A stretch of DNA of 64,000 bases from Lytechinus pictus (GCF_037042905.1 NC_087250.1:25050001-25114000); one strand, 5' to 3'. Positions 13,236 to 27,414 are shown, counted from the first letter of the stretch. A program made the numbers and translations. The notes: generated by a model from the letters alone, not told the origin.

Positions 13236-13644
13236 ACCATGTGCTCTTGGACATTTCACTTATTAAATGGAAAACAAGGTTCGTACTTGTTCAACACTTC
13301 TTCAATAGACAAAACAACAGCTCTGAGCAACCCTCTGATTGAAAGGCGCTTAAGGCGGGAGTCTGAAGCAATGTGACGATTGCAAGGTATATATCCACAC
13401 ACTGTTACTGTCAACCCTAGTCAGGTGAATGAATGCCTGGCATGATGCAGTCCTTGAAATAAGCTGTAAAAGATGCAGGCTAAATCTGGGATGAATGGTA
13501 TCCAAGTATTTGAAAGTGCACAAGAATATGATATTCGATATACAAGAACTATGTAATATTGTATTATCATTTATTGTTCTTTGTGTCATTCTCCTTATTG
13601 CTATTGCATTATTATCCCAACCATGGTGTACCGGTAATATCCTT

Positions 13645-13825
13645 CAGCAAGAAATTTATCCACATTGGGCGGCACTCAACCCAGGTGAGGTGAATGGGTA
13701 CCTGGCAGGATTAATTCCTTGAATCCACTGCGTGCTGAAAAGCAGCTCAAACTAAAGGAAGGATGATAATAATAACAATGCGCCTCATTTCTAGATAGAT
13801 TGCGCAATATAATAATAATAATAAT
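13645..13825 (+). mobile_element. SINE fragment
   Basis: atccacattgggcggcactcaacccaggtgaggtgaatgggtacc core and an (aat)n tail; related to the SINE at 34574. Confidence 0.6.
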
Positions 13826-14039
13826 ATAGGTATATTTACCCAGGGAAGCCACTTCAGTTCTGAAAACTGTTCTCCAGCGGGCCCTGCTATTATTATAAAT
13901 GCCTAATATAAATGCCTATTATTATGTATAATTGGTAAATTTCCTTTAAGTTAACGAGTAGGTGTGTGATATATGTGCAGTAACGACTTCAAAAAAGATT
14001 GGGAATTCTCTGTCACAAAGATTTCCTTCTCCAGGCGGA

Positions 14040-14260
14040 GCCATTTCAACTTTAAAGATAAAGAATACATCCACGCTTTTCTTCTGAAAGAACTCCCTCC
14101 GATGAGGGCGGTAGACTGGGTCAACTTTATCAGAGATCACTTCCGATATTATGTGGCAGAGGTTTACAGCCCGTGGTTGACGCCCCCATGATGGAGATTT
14201 CGAGGTTGACGAGTCATTGTTCGGCAGATGGTACAAGTACTACAGAGGCAACCCGAATGT
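14040..14260 (+). pseudogene. Merlin / IS1595(ISXO2)-like transposase fragment
   Basis: AVDWVNFIRD...(frameshift)...GDFEVDESLFGRWYKYYRG resembles the Merlin 'VDW.NF.RE...VEIDES.FG.RKYNRG' motif. Confidence 0.6.
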
Positions 14261-14851
14261 CAGCATGCATGAATTCATCCACACTAATATCGTGTTTACA
14301 CTTGCATCGGCGCTTGATACAGAACCAAAAGCCAATGCAGAATCAGCGTTTGGTTTATCTTGCTCTGTTTTTACATGCTGTCACAGCTCGCAGAGCAGAA
14401 TCGTCTCCCGGGACAAAAACCTGAAATGATCCGCGCACCAACAATATAAACGTCATGACAAAGACAACGCTGGATCTGTGCGCTTACAGGTACATCATAA
14501 TGGTAGAAAAAATGAAATGCGTGCCAATTGCCGATGCAGAATCGGCTTTCTATTTACACGTAAAAAAAAGCTGATTCTGCATTGGCTTGCACCCTGTACC
14601 CACTACTTTGGTGGTACAAAATCGCTGATTCTGCACCGAGAGCCGATGCAAGTTAATCTTGTCTACACGCAACAAAAAGCAGATTCTGCATCGGCTCGCC
14701 GTTCATTACTGAATATCCTGCCTGAGGTTCAAGACCAAGGTTAATAGGTCATTTATGGTCAAAGAACTTTGGCCAAGTTGGGGGTATCTGTTGAATTACC
14801 TTAATAACTTTGAAAGTTTATGGATCTGATTCATGAAACTTGGACATAAGA

Positions 14852-15500
14852 GTCTTCTAGAAGTGGACTATTCTAGAAAGAAGGATAATGTTCTTTTTTA
14901 AGACAATTATACTAGAAGCTTCCAGAATAGTGAAAATTTATATATATAAGCTGGCAGTTTCTTCAAGCACTTCATCATATCAGATCAGAACTCAGTGTTT
15001 CACACCAGGATTTATGTCAGAGCATAGTTTATTTCCAACTGGAATACAACATTTATCTTCTGTAGAATTATTTACATGCCATCAATGAACCGTTTGCAGT
15101 TACTTTGAGAGAGGAATTCTCAGTTCTCATCGAGATCATCAACCTGTTTTAATGAACGCTTTTCAACCCATGGATTACTGAAATTGAATGTTAATCCTCA
15201 TGAACATCGTCTTCACGGACATTTCAACTTGTTACAGTGACTCTTGCTGTTCATCACGCTTCAACATAAATTTCGTCATCGCCATCATTGTGAACTATAA
15301 TTTAAGGAATCTTCGCCAACCAACTTGGATTTAATACAGGACTATCATAACTTTGGATCGCACATCTACATGTAACTCTTCAAAACATGTGAGATGTTTG
15401 TTTTTTGTTTTGGGTGTATGCTTGATCTATTTCCTGTAATAAAAAGGGAAATCCAATTTAAAACTAAATTTTCATTGTTATTTGTTGTAGTATCGTAACA
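14852..15500 (+). mobile_element. Probable 5'-truncated solo LTR
   Basis: TATATATAAG at ~14941, AATAAA at ~15438 and a terminal ...CGTAACA; no 5' TG or TSD found. Confidence 0.45.
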
Positions 15501-16520
15501 ACATTTGAATCTGCCTCATCAGGCATCCATATATAGAATGAGTGATGTGGAAGTTTTGAGACCATGGCTCCTTTAGATAAATAAAGACTTACATATTATT
15601 TACAATTTGGATAATCCAGAGCATTAATTACAAGAAATTTGGTAGCATTGAAAAAAAAATCATATCTATGTTTATACTTGAATTTATTGTATGTTTCATG
15701 AAAATCTTGACATTTGATTGGCTGATGAACCATGTTACCATGGTAGTTGCAGTAGTTACAAATTTACAATAGTTGTAAGTTGTAACTCATTGTGAAGTGG
15801 GTGCTAGAACATGCAAAGAATGCATAATTCATATATTTATCCTTCAGTTTTACCTAAACTTGACCAATATCAATCAGAATGAGTCCATGTATTTTATATA
15901 CATGTACTTGTATACTTATATACAGTAATTCAGTGAGATTTGACAGAGGAAGAAGGAGAACAACGAAAAGAAGGAGGATGGATGAGGAGGAGAAGAACAA
16001 GAATATGAAAGATAAGAATAAGGAGAAGAAGGACAAGAAAACTTCAGTTTACTTTAATTTAACCAAAGCTCATAATTTGGTGTGTATGATACTAGCATGG
16101 ATCCCAGGAAGCCTATTGATTTTGAGGTCAAAAGGTCAAAGTCACAGTGACATGTTTTTATCTTACCCTTCTGCAGTCCTTGTAAACTCGATAATTTTAG
16201 TTTAATTTGACCTAGGCTCATATAATTTGGTGTGTATAATACTAGCATGGATCCCAGGAAGCCTAGTGATTTTGAGGTCCAATGGTCAAGGTCACAATTG
16301 ACATGTTTTCATCTTACCCTTCTGCAGTCCTTGTAAAAGCCATAACTTCAGTTTAAATTAGTCGAGGCTCATATAAGTTGGTGTGTATAATACTAGCATG
16401 GATCCCAGGAAACCTTTTGATTTGGAGGTCAAGGTCATATTGACATGTTTTCATCTTACCCTTCTAAAGTCTTTGTACAAGTAAACGTGATATTTCCAGT
16501 TTAGCCATGGTTTAACTTAA

Positions 16521-16944
16521 CCCTAATTCTCCCGGGGGGGGGGGGGGGGGGGGGCTTTAATGTAAAAAAACAAAGAAATATATAAGAAATTCATAAAACA
16601 ATAAAATACATAAGAAATTGATTTCCAAACCGAAGTTTTTAATTTCCATTTTTAAGAATGCTACAAAGAATATTTTTACAAAAATAAGCATTCTAGGAGC
16701 TTTATTTAGTGAATTAGAGCAAAAAATATGATTTATGCATAAATTAGCATAATTCATATAAAATAAAATCTCATTATTTTGGAAAATTTTACCATACAGC
16801 CTTGTAGATTACATCGCACACTACCAGCGTGCAAATGTTTGCGTCGCTCGCGCGATCGGCGGCCGAGATCTTAGGGGGGGGGGCTATTATGGCCCCCCCC
16901 CCCCCCGGAATGACAAGAATCAAAATACCCCGGGAGATTTAGGG
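16521..16944. mobile_element. piggyBac-like MITE inserted in the array
   Basis: TTAA TSD; TIRs CCCTAA(T/A)TCTCCCGGGG. Neighbouring repeat units show the empty site ttaacttaacctaggc. Confidence 0.9.
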
Positions 16945-17820
16945 TTAACCTAGGCTCAGCTAATTTGGTGTGTATGATACTTGCATGGAACCCAGGAAGC
17001 CTAGTGATTTTGAGGTCAAAAGGTGGAAGGTCAAGGTCACAGTGACGTTTTCATCTTACCCTTCTGCAGTTTTTGTAACCGCGATACCTTCAGTTTAACT
17101 TAACCTCGGCTCATATAATTTGATGTGTATGATTATGATACCAGCATTGATCCCAAGAAGCCTTTTGATTTTGAGGTCAAGGTCATATTGACATGTTTTC
17201 ATCTTACCCTTCTAAAGTCTTTGTACAAATAAACGTGATATTTTCAGTTTAGCCATGGTTTAACTTAACCTAGGCTCAGCTAATTTGGTGTGTATGATAC
17301 TAGCATGGATCCCAGGAAGCCTAGTGATTTTGAGGTCCAATGGTCAAGGTCACACTTGACACGTTTTCATCTTACCCTTCTGCAGTCCTTGTAAACGCGA
17401 TAACTTCAGTTTAACTTAGTCGAGGCTCATATAAGTTGGTGTGTATAATACTAGCATGGATCCCAGGAAGCCTTTTGATTTGGAGGTCAAGGTCATATTG
17501 ACATGTTTTCATCTTACCCTTCTAAAGTCTTTGTACAAATAAACGTGATAACTTCAGTTTAGCCATGGTTTAACTTAACCTCGGCTCATATAATTTGATG
17601 TGTATGATACTAGCATGGATCCCAAGAAGTGATTTTGAGGTCAAGGTCATACTGACATATTTTTATCTTACCCTTCTTAAGTCTTTGTAAACGCAATAAC
17701 TTAAATTCAACTAAACCTAAGCTCATATGATTTGGTGTGTACATGTATGATACTTGCATGGATCCCAGGAAGCCTATTGATTTTTAGGTCAAAAGTTCAA
17801 AGTTCAAGCCAAGCTCACAA

Positions 17821-18298
17821 TAGGTGGTTTCAGACCGCCTCGAAGTTCGTCAGTTCCAGGTATTCTCTGATCGGGAAATTTACCCCGATCAGAAAATACC
17901 AGGTATTTTGGTAATGTGAAAGCAAACTACGCGTAATTTCCCCGGAAGAAAATACCCGCTAAATAGTAGGTACTTGGCGAAATTACGAGAACTTTCGCTG
18001 GGATTTTTCCAAGGTCGCAGGTATTTTGGCAATGTGAAAGCAATTTACGGGAACTTTTAGCCCAGCGTGTCGTTGGGCGCGGGCGCCGTGGGTGGCTGCT
18101 GGGCTAGTGGTTTTGAATCTCGCACCTTGTCTGCTTATTAGACCATACTGCGCATGCTCCTAACTTCAGGAATTTATCCCGAAGGGTATGTTTCGGGGCG
18201 GTGTGAATGCAGGAATAATTAATGGGTATTTTTCAGCCTAAAAATGTTCTCGTAATTTAACGGGGATTCTTGAGATCGAGGCGGTTTGAAACCACCTA
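17821..18298. mobile_element. MITE inserted in the array
   Basis: 22-bp TIRs TAGGTGGTTTCA(G/A)ACCGCCTCG; the array resumes afterwards; TSD ambiguous (TA or ATA). Confidence 0.85.
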
Positions 18299-20336
18299 TA
18301 GACATGTTTTCATCTTACCCTTCTGAAGTCCTTGTAAATGCGATAACTTTATCTATGTTCATATAATTTGGTGTGTATGGTACTAGCATAGATCCTAGCA
18401 GTTCTATTGATTTTGAGGTCAGAAGGTTGAAGGTGAAGTCGCCACCTTCCACTTTTCTTACTTGACCAATAACTCCATTTTCCACGTTACAGGCGGGCGT
18501 ATATTAAGCTCGCTTTAGCGACACTCTTGTTGAGTGTACGACAGCATTGATTTCACCACTGCAGCATTCATACTATTTTTATTCCTTGTATGAATTAATA
18601 TTTCTCTTTTATTCCATCTTTTACAGAGCAAACTTTCTAATGGATCATGGTGAATGGAGCAATAGTGTGATGCTACTGGCCAGATACTCGTTTGTGGAGT
18701 TTGGTTGTAAGTCTTATGTTGCATTCCTGTTTAATGGGTGGATATTTCTCTATTCAAGCTGTCATGCTTTTATTTGCAGCAAACTTGAAAATGGGTTTGG
18801 TCACTGTGTAACCCGGTATGGTGGCTGGCTGTTTGATGAGCAAATAGTTAGAATTCATCTCATCATCATTTTGATTGCAGGAACTATCTTTATTTGGCTA
18901 GTCCTGGAGGATTGAAATACTAACCTACATATAATTATATGTGACATGTTTGTATGATAAGACATGGTGCATACAATCTGTTGTGGTCTAGCCTGAATAG
19001 AGCCAGTTCTGTTGTACACTGGTTTCTAAACCTTGTTAAATATCTTTAACACCCATGTTGAAACACCTTTCAGCCTCTGCATGCTTTTTTTTTTTAATTT
19101 TGCCCATAGATTTGTGAAGAGAAGGTAGTAATGTCCCTGTTTTTCATCTTTTTGTAATCCTTTGTCCCTGTATGAGTGGTTTAATGTTGATGAGGTTTGG
19201 GGCCTGGTTATTTGGTGTGTCTGGTGTACCTGCACCTTGAATACCATGACAGGAAACCATTAGGGAGCTCACTGGCCATGGTGCTAGAACAGTTCATACC
19301 CTAGTTATACCTGTATAACACCAAGGGGACCACTGTGAAAGCATGTATAATACAACTCCCAAGTATATTCTGTAATCTGATTGGTCCACATCGGATCACA
19401 TGATATTCAACAACTTGCACTATTGCATCCAATATGCACTATCCTTCACTCTGACGTCAGAGTGCAGGATAGTGCGAGATCTGGAATTATCTAGAATTTA
19501 GATCAAATATAACATTCGAGGCAACTCAGTAACAAGGGGAGGAGGGATGGTCTAAAACAAACAATGCACACATTCTTGTGCATAGAGGACCTAAATAATG
19601 AACTCTGTGCTTGACTCGCCAAATGGATGTACCGCGGACCTCGGTGTGGTATATCCATTGGCGCTTCTCACACATTGTTCATTATTTGGCCCTGCATGCA
19701 CACGCTTATGTGCATTGTTTGTATAATAGTCAAGGAAAGATGTAGCATGAACCCAAAAATAGTGTGATTTGATTTTAAATATTTTTTTTTTAAAGACAAC
19801 ACGAATACAGCATGCTTCATATACATTTATTAGTCCAAATTGTAAAGAAGGTGAGAGAAGTTTACTCTTGACACTTTTCTTGATGTTACATTATTATACA
19901 TTGTTTAGCATTCAACTGATAATACATTTCTTCATGTGAGTACATATAACAGAAGTAAAAGACATACGATTCTAATATATGATTTACCTACACAATGTAC
20001 ATCTTTCTTTAGAATAAGAGTTGGTTTACAGGCACAAACCTCTAAACATCTTAAACTTGTTATTTGTAAAGACACTTGAGATATAGCATCTATTAAAAAA
20101 GTTCTCACATGTTTGCTGATCAATGGAGTCAATCTTACAATGTATGTACATTCTCCAGATAAATGTACAAGCATATATCAAGAAATCCATTTGTATTTTA
20201 AATTTAGGAGCAATATCAATTGATAAAATCCTGATTACCCTGAGAACCCATAAATAAAATATGTATTCCGAAGGCTTACCGTTCACAGATTATTTTGAAA
20301 GGGAAAACATTTTTTTTATCCCACTGCCCACCTTAA

Positions 20337-20863
20337 AGGACAAGTCCACCCCAACAAAAAGCTTATTTGAATCAAAAGAGAAAAATCCAGTAAGCATAAC
20401 ACTGAAAAGTTCATCAAAATCGGTTGTAAAATAAGAAAGTTATGGCATTTTTAACTTTTGCTTAATTTCACATAATAGTTATATGCACATCCTGGTCGGT
20501 ATGCAAATGAGCAGACTGATGACGCCATCCACTCACTATTCTGTATTTTATTATATATATGAAAAATTCTTATTTTCTTCTCATAATTGTTCCTCTCAGA
20601 ACATGTGAAATTAGCATTGTGTACTATATGGTTCAGTCAAGTTGGTCCTCATTGTCAAATCTGTAAAAATGGGGAACATCATTGACTGTATCATTTGCAT
20701 GGCACTGAGTTGTGCATGTCACTGTCTTGTGAAAAATAAGCAAAACTTCAAAATGTCATAACTATCTTAATTAACATCCAATTTTGATAACATTTTCAGC
20801 TTTATGCTACTTTGATTTTCTCTATTCATTAAAATCAACATTTTTCTGAGGTGGACTTGACCT
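20337..20863. mobile_element. Kolobok-like MITE (TTAA-flanked, AGGACAAGTCCACCCC ends)
   Basis: Palindromic ~530-bp element; homologs at 25934-26514, 26835-26972 (deleted form) and 48941-49496. Confidence 0.8.
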
Positions 20864-21199
20864 TTTTTAAGTATGCTTCTTTAAATCATCACATGTATTA
20901 AGAAAGGTACAATACTAATAAGTGTACTAACCGTACGCTAATAAATGATTAAAAGACTCTGACTAAAATTACAAATATAAAATGTTGGAAACAAATATGC
21001 TGCACCAAATAAAATGGATTTATTTAATAATCCCATATATCTGAATATTGCATGTTTTATTTATTGTTCTGGGCTCTCTTTTAGAGCTAAAAATTAGTAA
21101 ACATCAATACATTATTATGACCAATAATTAATCTATCAGAATTATTGGTTCGAGTTTGCTGTCGTACAGAAATGTGAATTTTGAGGTGATCTCCCCATT

Positions 21200-21418
21200 T
21201 TTCTCGCCTGCATAGCAAAGCGAGACTTATGGCGCTGCTTTTCGACGACGGCGGTGGCGGCGTCGTCAACATTGAAATCTTTACCAAGGTTAAGTTTTTG
21301 AAATGTCATCATAACTTAGAAAATGGACCTAGTTCATGAAAGTCGGACATAAGGGTAATCAAGTAATACTGAACATCCTGCCTGAGTTTCAGGTCACATG
21401 ACCAAGGTCAAAGGTCAC
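21200..21418 (+). mobile_element. 5' fragment of the Helentron-like element family
   Basis: Homologous to 58921-59160; another fragment at ~14705-14850. Confidence 0.8.
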
Positions 21419-23234
21419 TGTGATTGGATATTCTGAAGCTAATTACTGGTCATTTTAGGACCTAAAACATGATTTCAATCATTTTTATTTTCAGCTGGTC
21501 AGCCAGATTATTTCAAATCAATGATGCCATCTCCTGATCAAGATGAAAACAAAACAAATGAGAAATGAAATGCTTTTGGTCAAGCAACAAAATTTCCTTA
21601 CAGTGGATTCACCTGTGGGGTGAAAATCTGTGACGAAGAGTGTCTGTTTCTCTCACTCTGTACAAATTGCCACAATACACATTAAAATTGGTAGGATCCT
21701 CACTGGAGTATCAAGACCCCATCTTACAAAGAGTTGTGATCGATCAGACAACTATGGAAAGCCGGTGCTGCTGTGTGTTTCTGTTAACGCATGCATTGGC
21801 CTGACAAATCAGAGTGCTCGTTCTTGTTTCCTTCGAGACCTCTGTTCTGCACATATGCTATGTCATGATTTGTTTACATTGATGGGTTTCCACAGTTGAA
21901 ATTGGTCAAATTGTCACAGTTATTTGTGAGAAGGGGCCGCAAAAGCCCTGTACATTTATCTTCTATTTTCTTCATTTGATTTCGTGTCTGTATCTTGGTC
22001 TTGGAAAAAAGGTAAAAAAAAACTACCTGTTCTTACCTTTCAACTATTGTATTCATTTCATGGAATAACTATAGGCTTCATTTAACACTATAAGAATGCA
22101 GTACATGCTACGTGAAATAAATTAATCATCATCATCACAAGTGTTCATTAATCTGCCTATCTTTTAGGAAGGGTTTTATAATCTTACATTAAAAGGTACT
22201 TACAAATAATTTACCAACGTATATAGTGCTATATCCTATTGTAAAGAAATTGTTGTTAAAAACTGCAAAATCGTAAAATAGCCTTTAAAATGGACATAAG
22301 CTTTTTGACACTCATCAGAGTAAAATCATGTGAATGGCCAGAACACTAGAATAAAACAATATATAATAGAACTGAAATAAACAATGGATGCTAAACGACA
22401 AGCCGTGATTGGCTGTCAAGATAAACAAATTAGGCTTGGTAACAGCTGTTATTTGAAGCAAAGCAAGTCAAAGGGTTCTTACAAACTCTTATTGCGGCAC
22501 AGGGTTTAGTTTATTCATGCGATTTTACTCCACCTTTACTTTTGTCACAGTGCGCCAAATTGACGCCTGTTACCATGGTTATTTTATTCATGAGTCCACT
22601 GTTTGAAGAGTGGACTCATGAATAAAACAGTGGATTCATACGCACTAAATTAAGCATAATTTATGCACGAAATCTGCATAAACCATGGACTCAACCATGG
22701 GTTTTCAAAACCACCTTTGTGAATTCGGGCCTTAGTGTGTCCATTTTTAAGTCTATTTCCATTTATTGTATTGTTACCTAAAGAAATTCTTTATTTGTTG
22801 TGCTTATGAATGCATTTGTACAATGACATTGGAAAAAAACCTGAATCTGAAAATATGACAAAAAAAATATCTCTCTTGTTCTGTATTCTTTAGTGTGTAT
22901 TTGATGAAAACAAGGGATCTGGACAAGATGTTTGAAAGAAATTGAATTGTCTTAATGTATTCCAAGTATGTTTTTTTTCTTTCTCTTCATCCAGAATCCA
23001 ATATGTTTGATACATTTATTTTCAGCAATGTAATGTATGCACTCTTACTTTTTTTCTCCAAAAGTTATTTTGTTCAATTGCAGTGTATATAGCAACTTTT
23101 AAAAACTGCATTATGAATGTGTTTTCTCTACATTTTTTTTAAGTTAAGTCCTATAGAGATATATGAATTATTTCATTTTCATCTTTGAAATCATTCTTAT
23201 CTTTACACTTTATTTCTAATTTAGGCAACATTGG

Positions 23235-24617
23235 CAGGGCCTGACCTTATCTTTTTTCTTAGGGAGCCAGCCGGGCTCCTCAAGCACTTTTTTAGGGAGC
23301 CCGCAAGGGTTTTAAGGAGCCCAAGTTTGTCACATTTTTTTTTGCATAATACCAGTCATTAACTATTTCAAAAATGAAAACGCATTATCACAATACGTTT
23401 TTTTTTTTTAATATTCATTAGCACCAGGTGTATTTATTCAGGGTAAATCAGATTTTAAGCGTATTTTGACTCCCCAACAGCCTTACACACCGGTATACAA
23501 CTTCACAAACACACTGGCCTTTTTTTTTCATTTTTAATGACACCCCCCCTCCAAAAAAAAGATAAATAAACAAAACTGAAATAAAATAAATAAACAAGAT
23601 GAATACATACATATATAAATATAGGGAGAGAGTCTGAGCTACTAATAATAAATTATGAAAGATCTAGAACTTATTTGTTAAATTTTTTTTTTCATGCTCA
23701 GAATCATGGGTGTAAGTTAGTGCGTGTTTGTGTGGGTGTGACTGTGAGGTGGACTTGGATCTACATGTATAAGTAAAGGAAATTTATTAATTATGTAATT
23801 TCTACTCTATAATATCCTTTTCATATCAGTACAAAACCACACAGGACAAGTGTGGGCACATGTTCGTACGTGTACCCTAACTTTTCCTGCAGTTCTTTGA
23901 AAAATGCAGATCTCCACGGAAATTGCATTTCTCTATGAGGGAGTCTAAATTTGGTGAAAAAGTATTCATTAATAACTTAAATATACATCACAATGAAGAA
24001 ATCATCCAACTTTATCGGTTGTTTGAAAAAATAGACCTGAAATGTAAACTATCTGAAACAGAAAATCACCATCATTGAGGCCTTTACTGACCAAATCATC
24101 CCCCAGAGCTCTGGCAGAGACAGAGAGCTCAGACCTGCTCAAGTGTCAGTGCGTGCGTAAGTAAAATCCGGCGGCCTCCTAAAATCAGATGGTGCCTTGT
24201 TTGATGATTTACTGTCCGATATTTACCCCTTCCTTAGAACACAATGAAACAAATGATTTTTCAGTATAATTCACAACCGAAGTAAATTATTTTGGATGTT
24301 AATAATAGGCTATGTTTTGCGAGGGCTCAGAGCCGAAGTCTACACAATGACGGACTCACCAATGCGAGGTTATAATTAGAATTCTGGGATTTATCTCATG
24401 TGCAATTCGAACTCCTTTTTCACAGAATCGTGATATTCTTAGGGGAAATGTGTGCATTAGAAATTACACACGGGGGTAATAATAATGGAACTGTTTTTGT
24501 GGCTGGTATTAGAAAAAAGTTAGGGAGCCCGCCGGGCTTTTTCAATTACTTTCTAAGGAGCCCGCAGAGGTTTTAGGGAGCCATTTGCCACCGGGCTCCC
24601 GCTAAAATCGAGCCCTG
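23235..24617. mobile_element. hAT-like non-autonomous element with 5-bp TSD
   Basis: CAGGGC...GCCCTG termini, subterminal GGAGCC repeats at both ends, flanked by ATTGG/ATTGG. Confidence 0.8.
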
Positions 24618-25933
24618 ATTGGTTTATGTATACATATAAATTCATGTATTTACAACTTTCTAAACTATCATTTCTATTCGTTTAAATATCAGTTATATTC
24701 AAGTATCACTGTTAGTCCTAAAAAATTACAGTACTAAATTAATACTTTATCATAAAGTATATGACATGATCACACTAAAACATTTGTAAATTATTTGTGA
24801 CTTGCCACTCCAAAACCAGCAATGAGTCACCAAGGAATGTTTTCTGAAAGTAGTGAAAACAATTATTTGGCTTTTAATATCTGAAAGAGGAACCTTTTCC
24901 TTCCCACTCTAAGAATTTGAAATTGTAAAGTTTAATAGAAGATGAGATACAGAAGGAAATTTTACATGATTTTTCCCAGCCAGCTTGGAAGTTTTATAGA
25001 GATTGCAGTGTACATATCTCATGCTTAAGTAGTCTACAAACTTCAATTTCAGACCTTCTTTTCTCGTTATTATTTGAATCTTTCTTTGAATTTTGTCTTC
25101 ATTCAAGTAGGGGAAGGCAGGAAAAGTTGAGCCTTTTTTCTTGCTTTTTTCATGTAAGAATTTATATGATTCGTAATCTTATAGAAATAAGTACCTTGCT
25201 TTAAAATTTGGTTCTTGGGAAATCTTTTTTTACCTACATATGTACCCCCACAACGGTAGTTACTGTCACCTTTGAAGAAAAAAGTCAAATGGCTCAACTT
25301 ACCCAACTCATGGGGTAAGTTGAACCACCTTTTGGGGCAAGTTGAGCCACAAAAACTATGTACAAAATGTACGGGATAAGAACCAGCATGACATTTTTGT
25401 TTATTTAAAGTCTTTTCACTTGCTAATTCTCTATAAATACTAAAAGTGAAAAAAACTGTCCTGTGACTTTGGTCCTTTCTGCCTGCACATCAATGGCATT
25501 TCAATTTGTTTTATATACATTACCATATGAATTACCAAGGCTCAACCTACCCCAGTCCAAACTTGTGATATTTTCACATCAACACATTTTTTATGCACCC
25601 ATCATGTAAAACACTTTGACAAGGGTGAGGATCCATACCTGGGCTAACAATATTGTTTTCATGCCTTTATTATATTTAAAGATGCATGTGCGTAAAAATG
25701 CTTCTCTATTTCACACCTCTTTTTACGTTTTTGACTGAAACTTGTATTTTTCCCTCTAAAAATCATTTATTGTTTCAATGTTGAAAACAACTTGTCATGC
25801 GGAATCTTCTCTCCCCTTATTCTTCCCTGTTATGCATAGTGAATAAAGATACAATGCAGCTTGAAAGAGCAGTTAGTAAATAGCGTCACACTGATTTATT
25901 GGTGGTTCTGATACTGGTTATGATGTGAATTAA

Positions 25934-26514
25934 AAGTCCACCCCAGAAAAATGTTGATTTGAATAAACAGAGAAAAATCAAACTAGCAAAACGCTGAAAA
26001 TTTCATCAAAATCGGATGTAAAATAAGAAAGTTATGACATATTAAAAATTTTGCTTATTTTTCACAAAAAAGTGATATGCACATCTCAAATGAGAGTTGA
26101 TGATGTCCCTCACTCACTATTTCTTTTGTTTTTTATTGCTTGTATTAAACAATAATTCATTTTTATAGATCTGACAATAAAGTACCAACTTGACTGAATC
26201 ATAAGGTATTAAACAATGCCAATTCCACATGTTCAGGGAGGAATTAATCGTTGTTTCATTTGACATGAGGAGAAAAATAGAATATTTCATATTTCATATA
26301 ATAAAATACAAAAGAAATAGTGGATGACGTCATCAGTCTCCTCATTTGCATACTGACCAGGATGTACATATAAATATTTTGTGAAATTAAGCAAAACTTT
26401 AAAATGTCATAACTTTCTTATTTTACATCTGATTTTAATGAAATTTTCAGTGTTATACTTGTTGGATTTTTCTATTTTTATTTAAATCAACCTTTGTTGG
26501 GGTGGACTTGTCCT
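25934..26514. mobile_element. Kolobok-like MITE
   Basis: Same family as 20337-20863, opposite orientation, TTAA-flanked. Confidence 0.8.
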
Positions 26515-27162
26515 TTAATTTTGATCGTGTGGAACATTTTGTGGATCTGCTGTTCCATCAAAACAACAAGTACATATGAATTTGTGTGAACTTGGTGCAT
26601 GCGTAGCAAGAATGATTTCCCCAAATATGAGAAATTTGAAGCTCTCTATCATTGGACTAAACACCACCGCACACATTATGACTGCTCTGCAATTTAATTT
26701 TGGAACAAAATGTATTTTGCTTATTTTCTTGTAATATGAATGAATTTAAGATAATTTGAGATTCAAACTAACTGTAAGAATACTAATATATATATATGTA
26801 TATTGCAAGCCTTTAGTATGGAGTAAAAGCTTAAAGGACAAGTCAATCCCCAAAAAATATATATTTTGAATAAAAAGAGAAAAATCCATAAAGCATAACA
26901 CTGAAAATTTCATCAAAATCACAATATCTCTATTTATTCAAATCAACAATTTACTGGAGTGGACTTGACCTTCAATTACCTTTTATTCTAAAAAGGAGGT
27001 TAAATATTCATAGATTTTAAGAAAAAAAGTTGTACAATGATATGAAACCTTACACAGTAAGATGTTCCATGTCTTAATATTCGCATCAAATGTTGCAACA
27101 TTTAATTTCGAAATTGGGTTCCAAACCTATTGTTAGGTGTGCGATGGCCTTTAGCACTGTGG

Positions 27163-27414
27163 CTACTTCTCAGCCCGGGTGGTACCGGTACTGGTGCTCT
27201 TTGTATTATTATCACTAGTACTGGAGGTGAGCTCCTTCTGCATTCCCAGTTTCACCTTCCACAAGGTGATGATTCGCTTGCTGTATCCAAAAGCAAGGAG
27301 GATGAAGACACCCTGCAATGAGTTGACTGCAGTGAAGAGGTACCAGAGTTCTGGGACGTTGGCATATTCACAGATGAAGGCCAGGATCCATGTAAAACCC
27401 ATCACACCAGACAA
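27163..27414 (-). CDS. Class-B/Methuselah-like GPCR, last coding exon (TM6-TM7 and tail)
   Basis: ttttctctccatag acceptor on -; LSGVMGFTWILAF...WYLFTAVNSLQGVFILLAF carries the class-B MG.TW and NSLQG.FI motifs. Phase 0 joins the exon ending at 29626. Confidence 0.9.
   Translation of the reverse strand: MSGVMGFTWILAFICEYANVPELWYLFTAVNSLQGVFILLAFGYSKRIITLWKVKLGMQKELTSSTSDNNTKSTSTGTTRAEK

Larger units (their letters stand above)
16054..18531 (+). repeat. ~120-135-bp tandem array, probably the core of a Helentron-like non-autonomous element
   Basis: About 10 units of ataatttggtgtgtatgatactagcatggatcccaggaagcc...aggtcaaggtcac; ends in the short hairpin tcgc-ttta-gcga and ctcttgtt. Confidence 0.85.
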
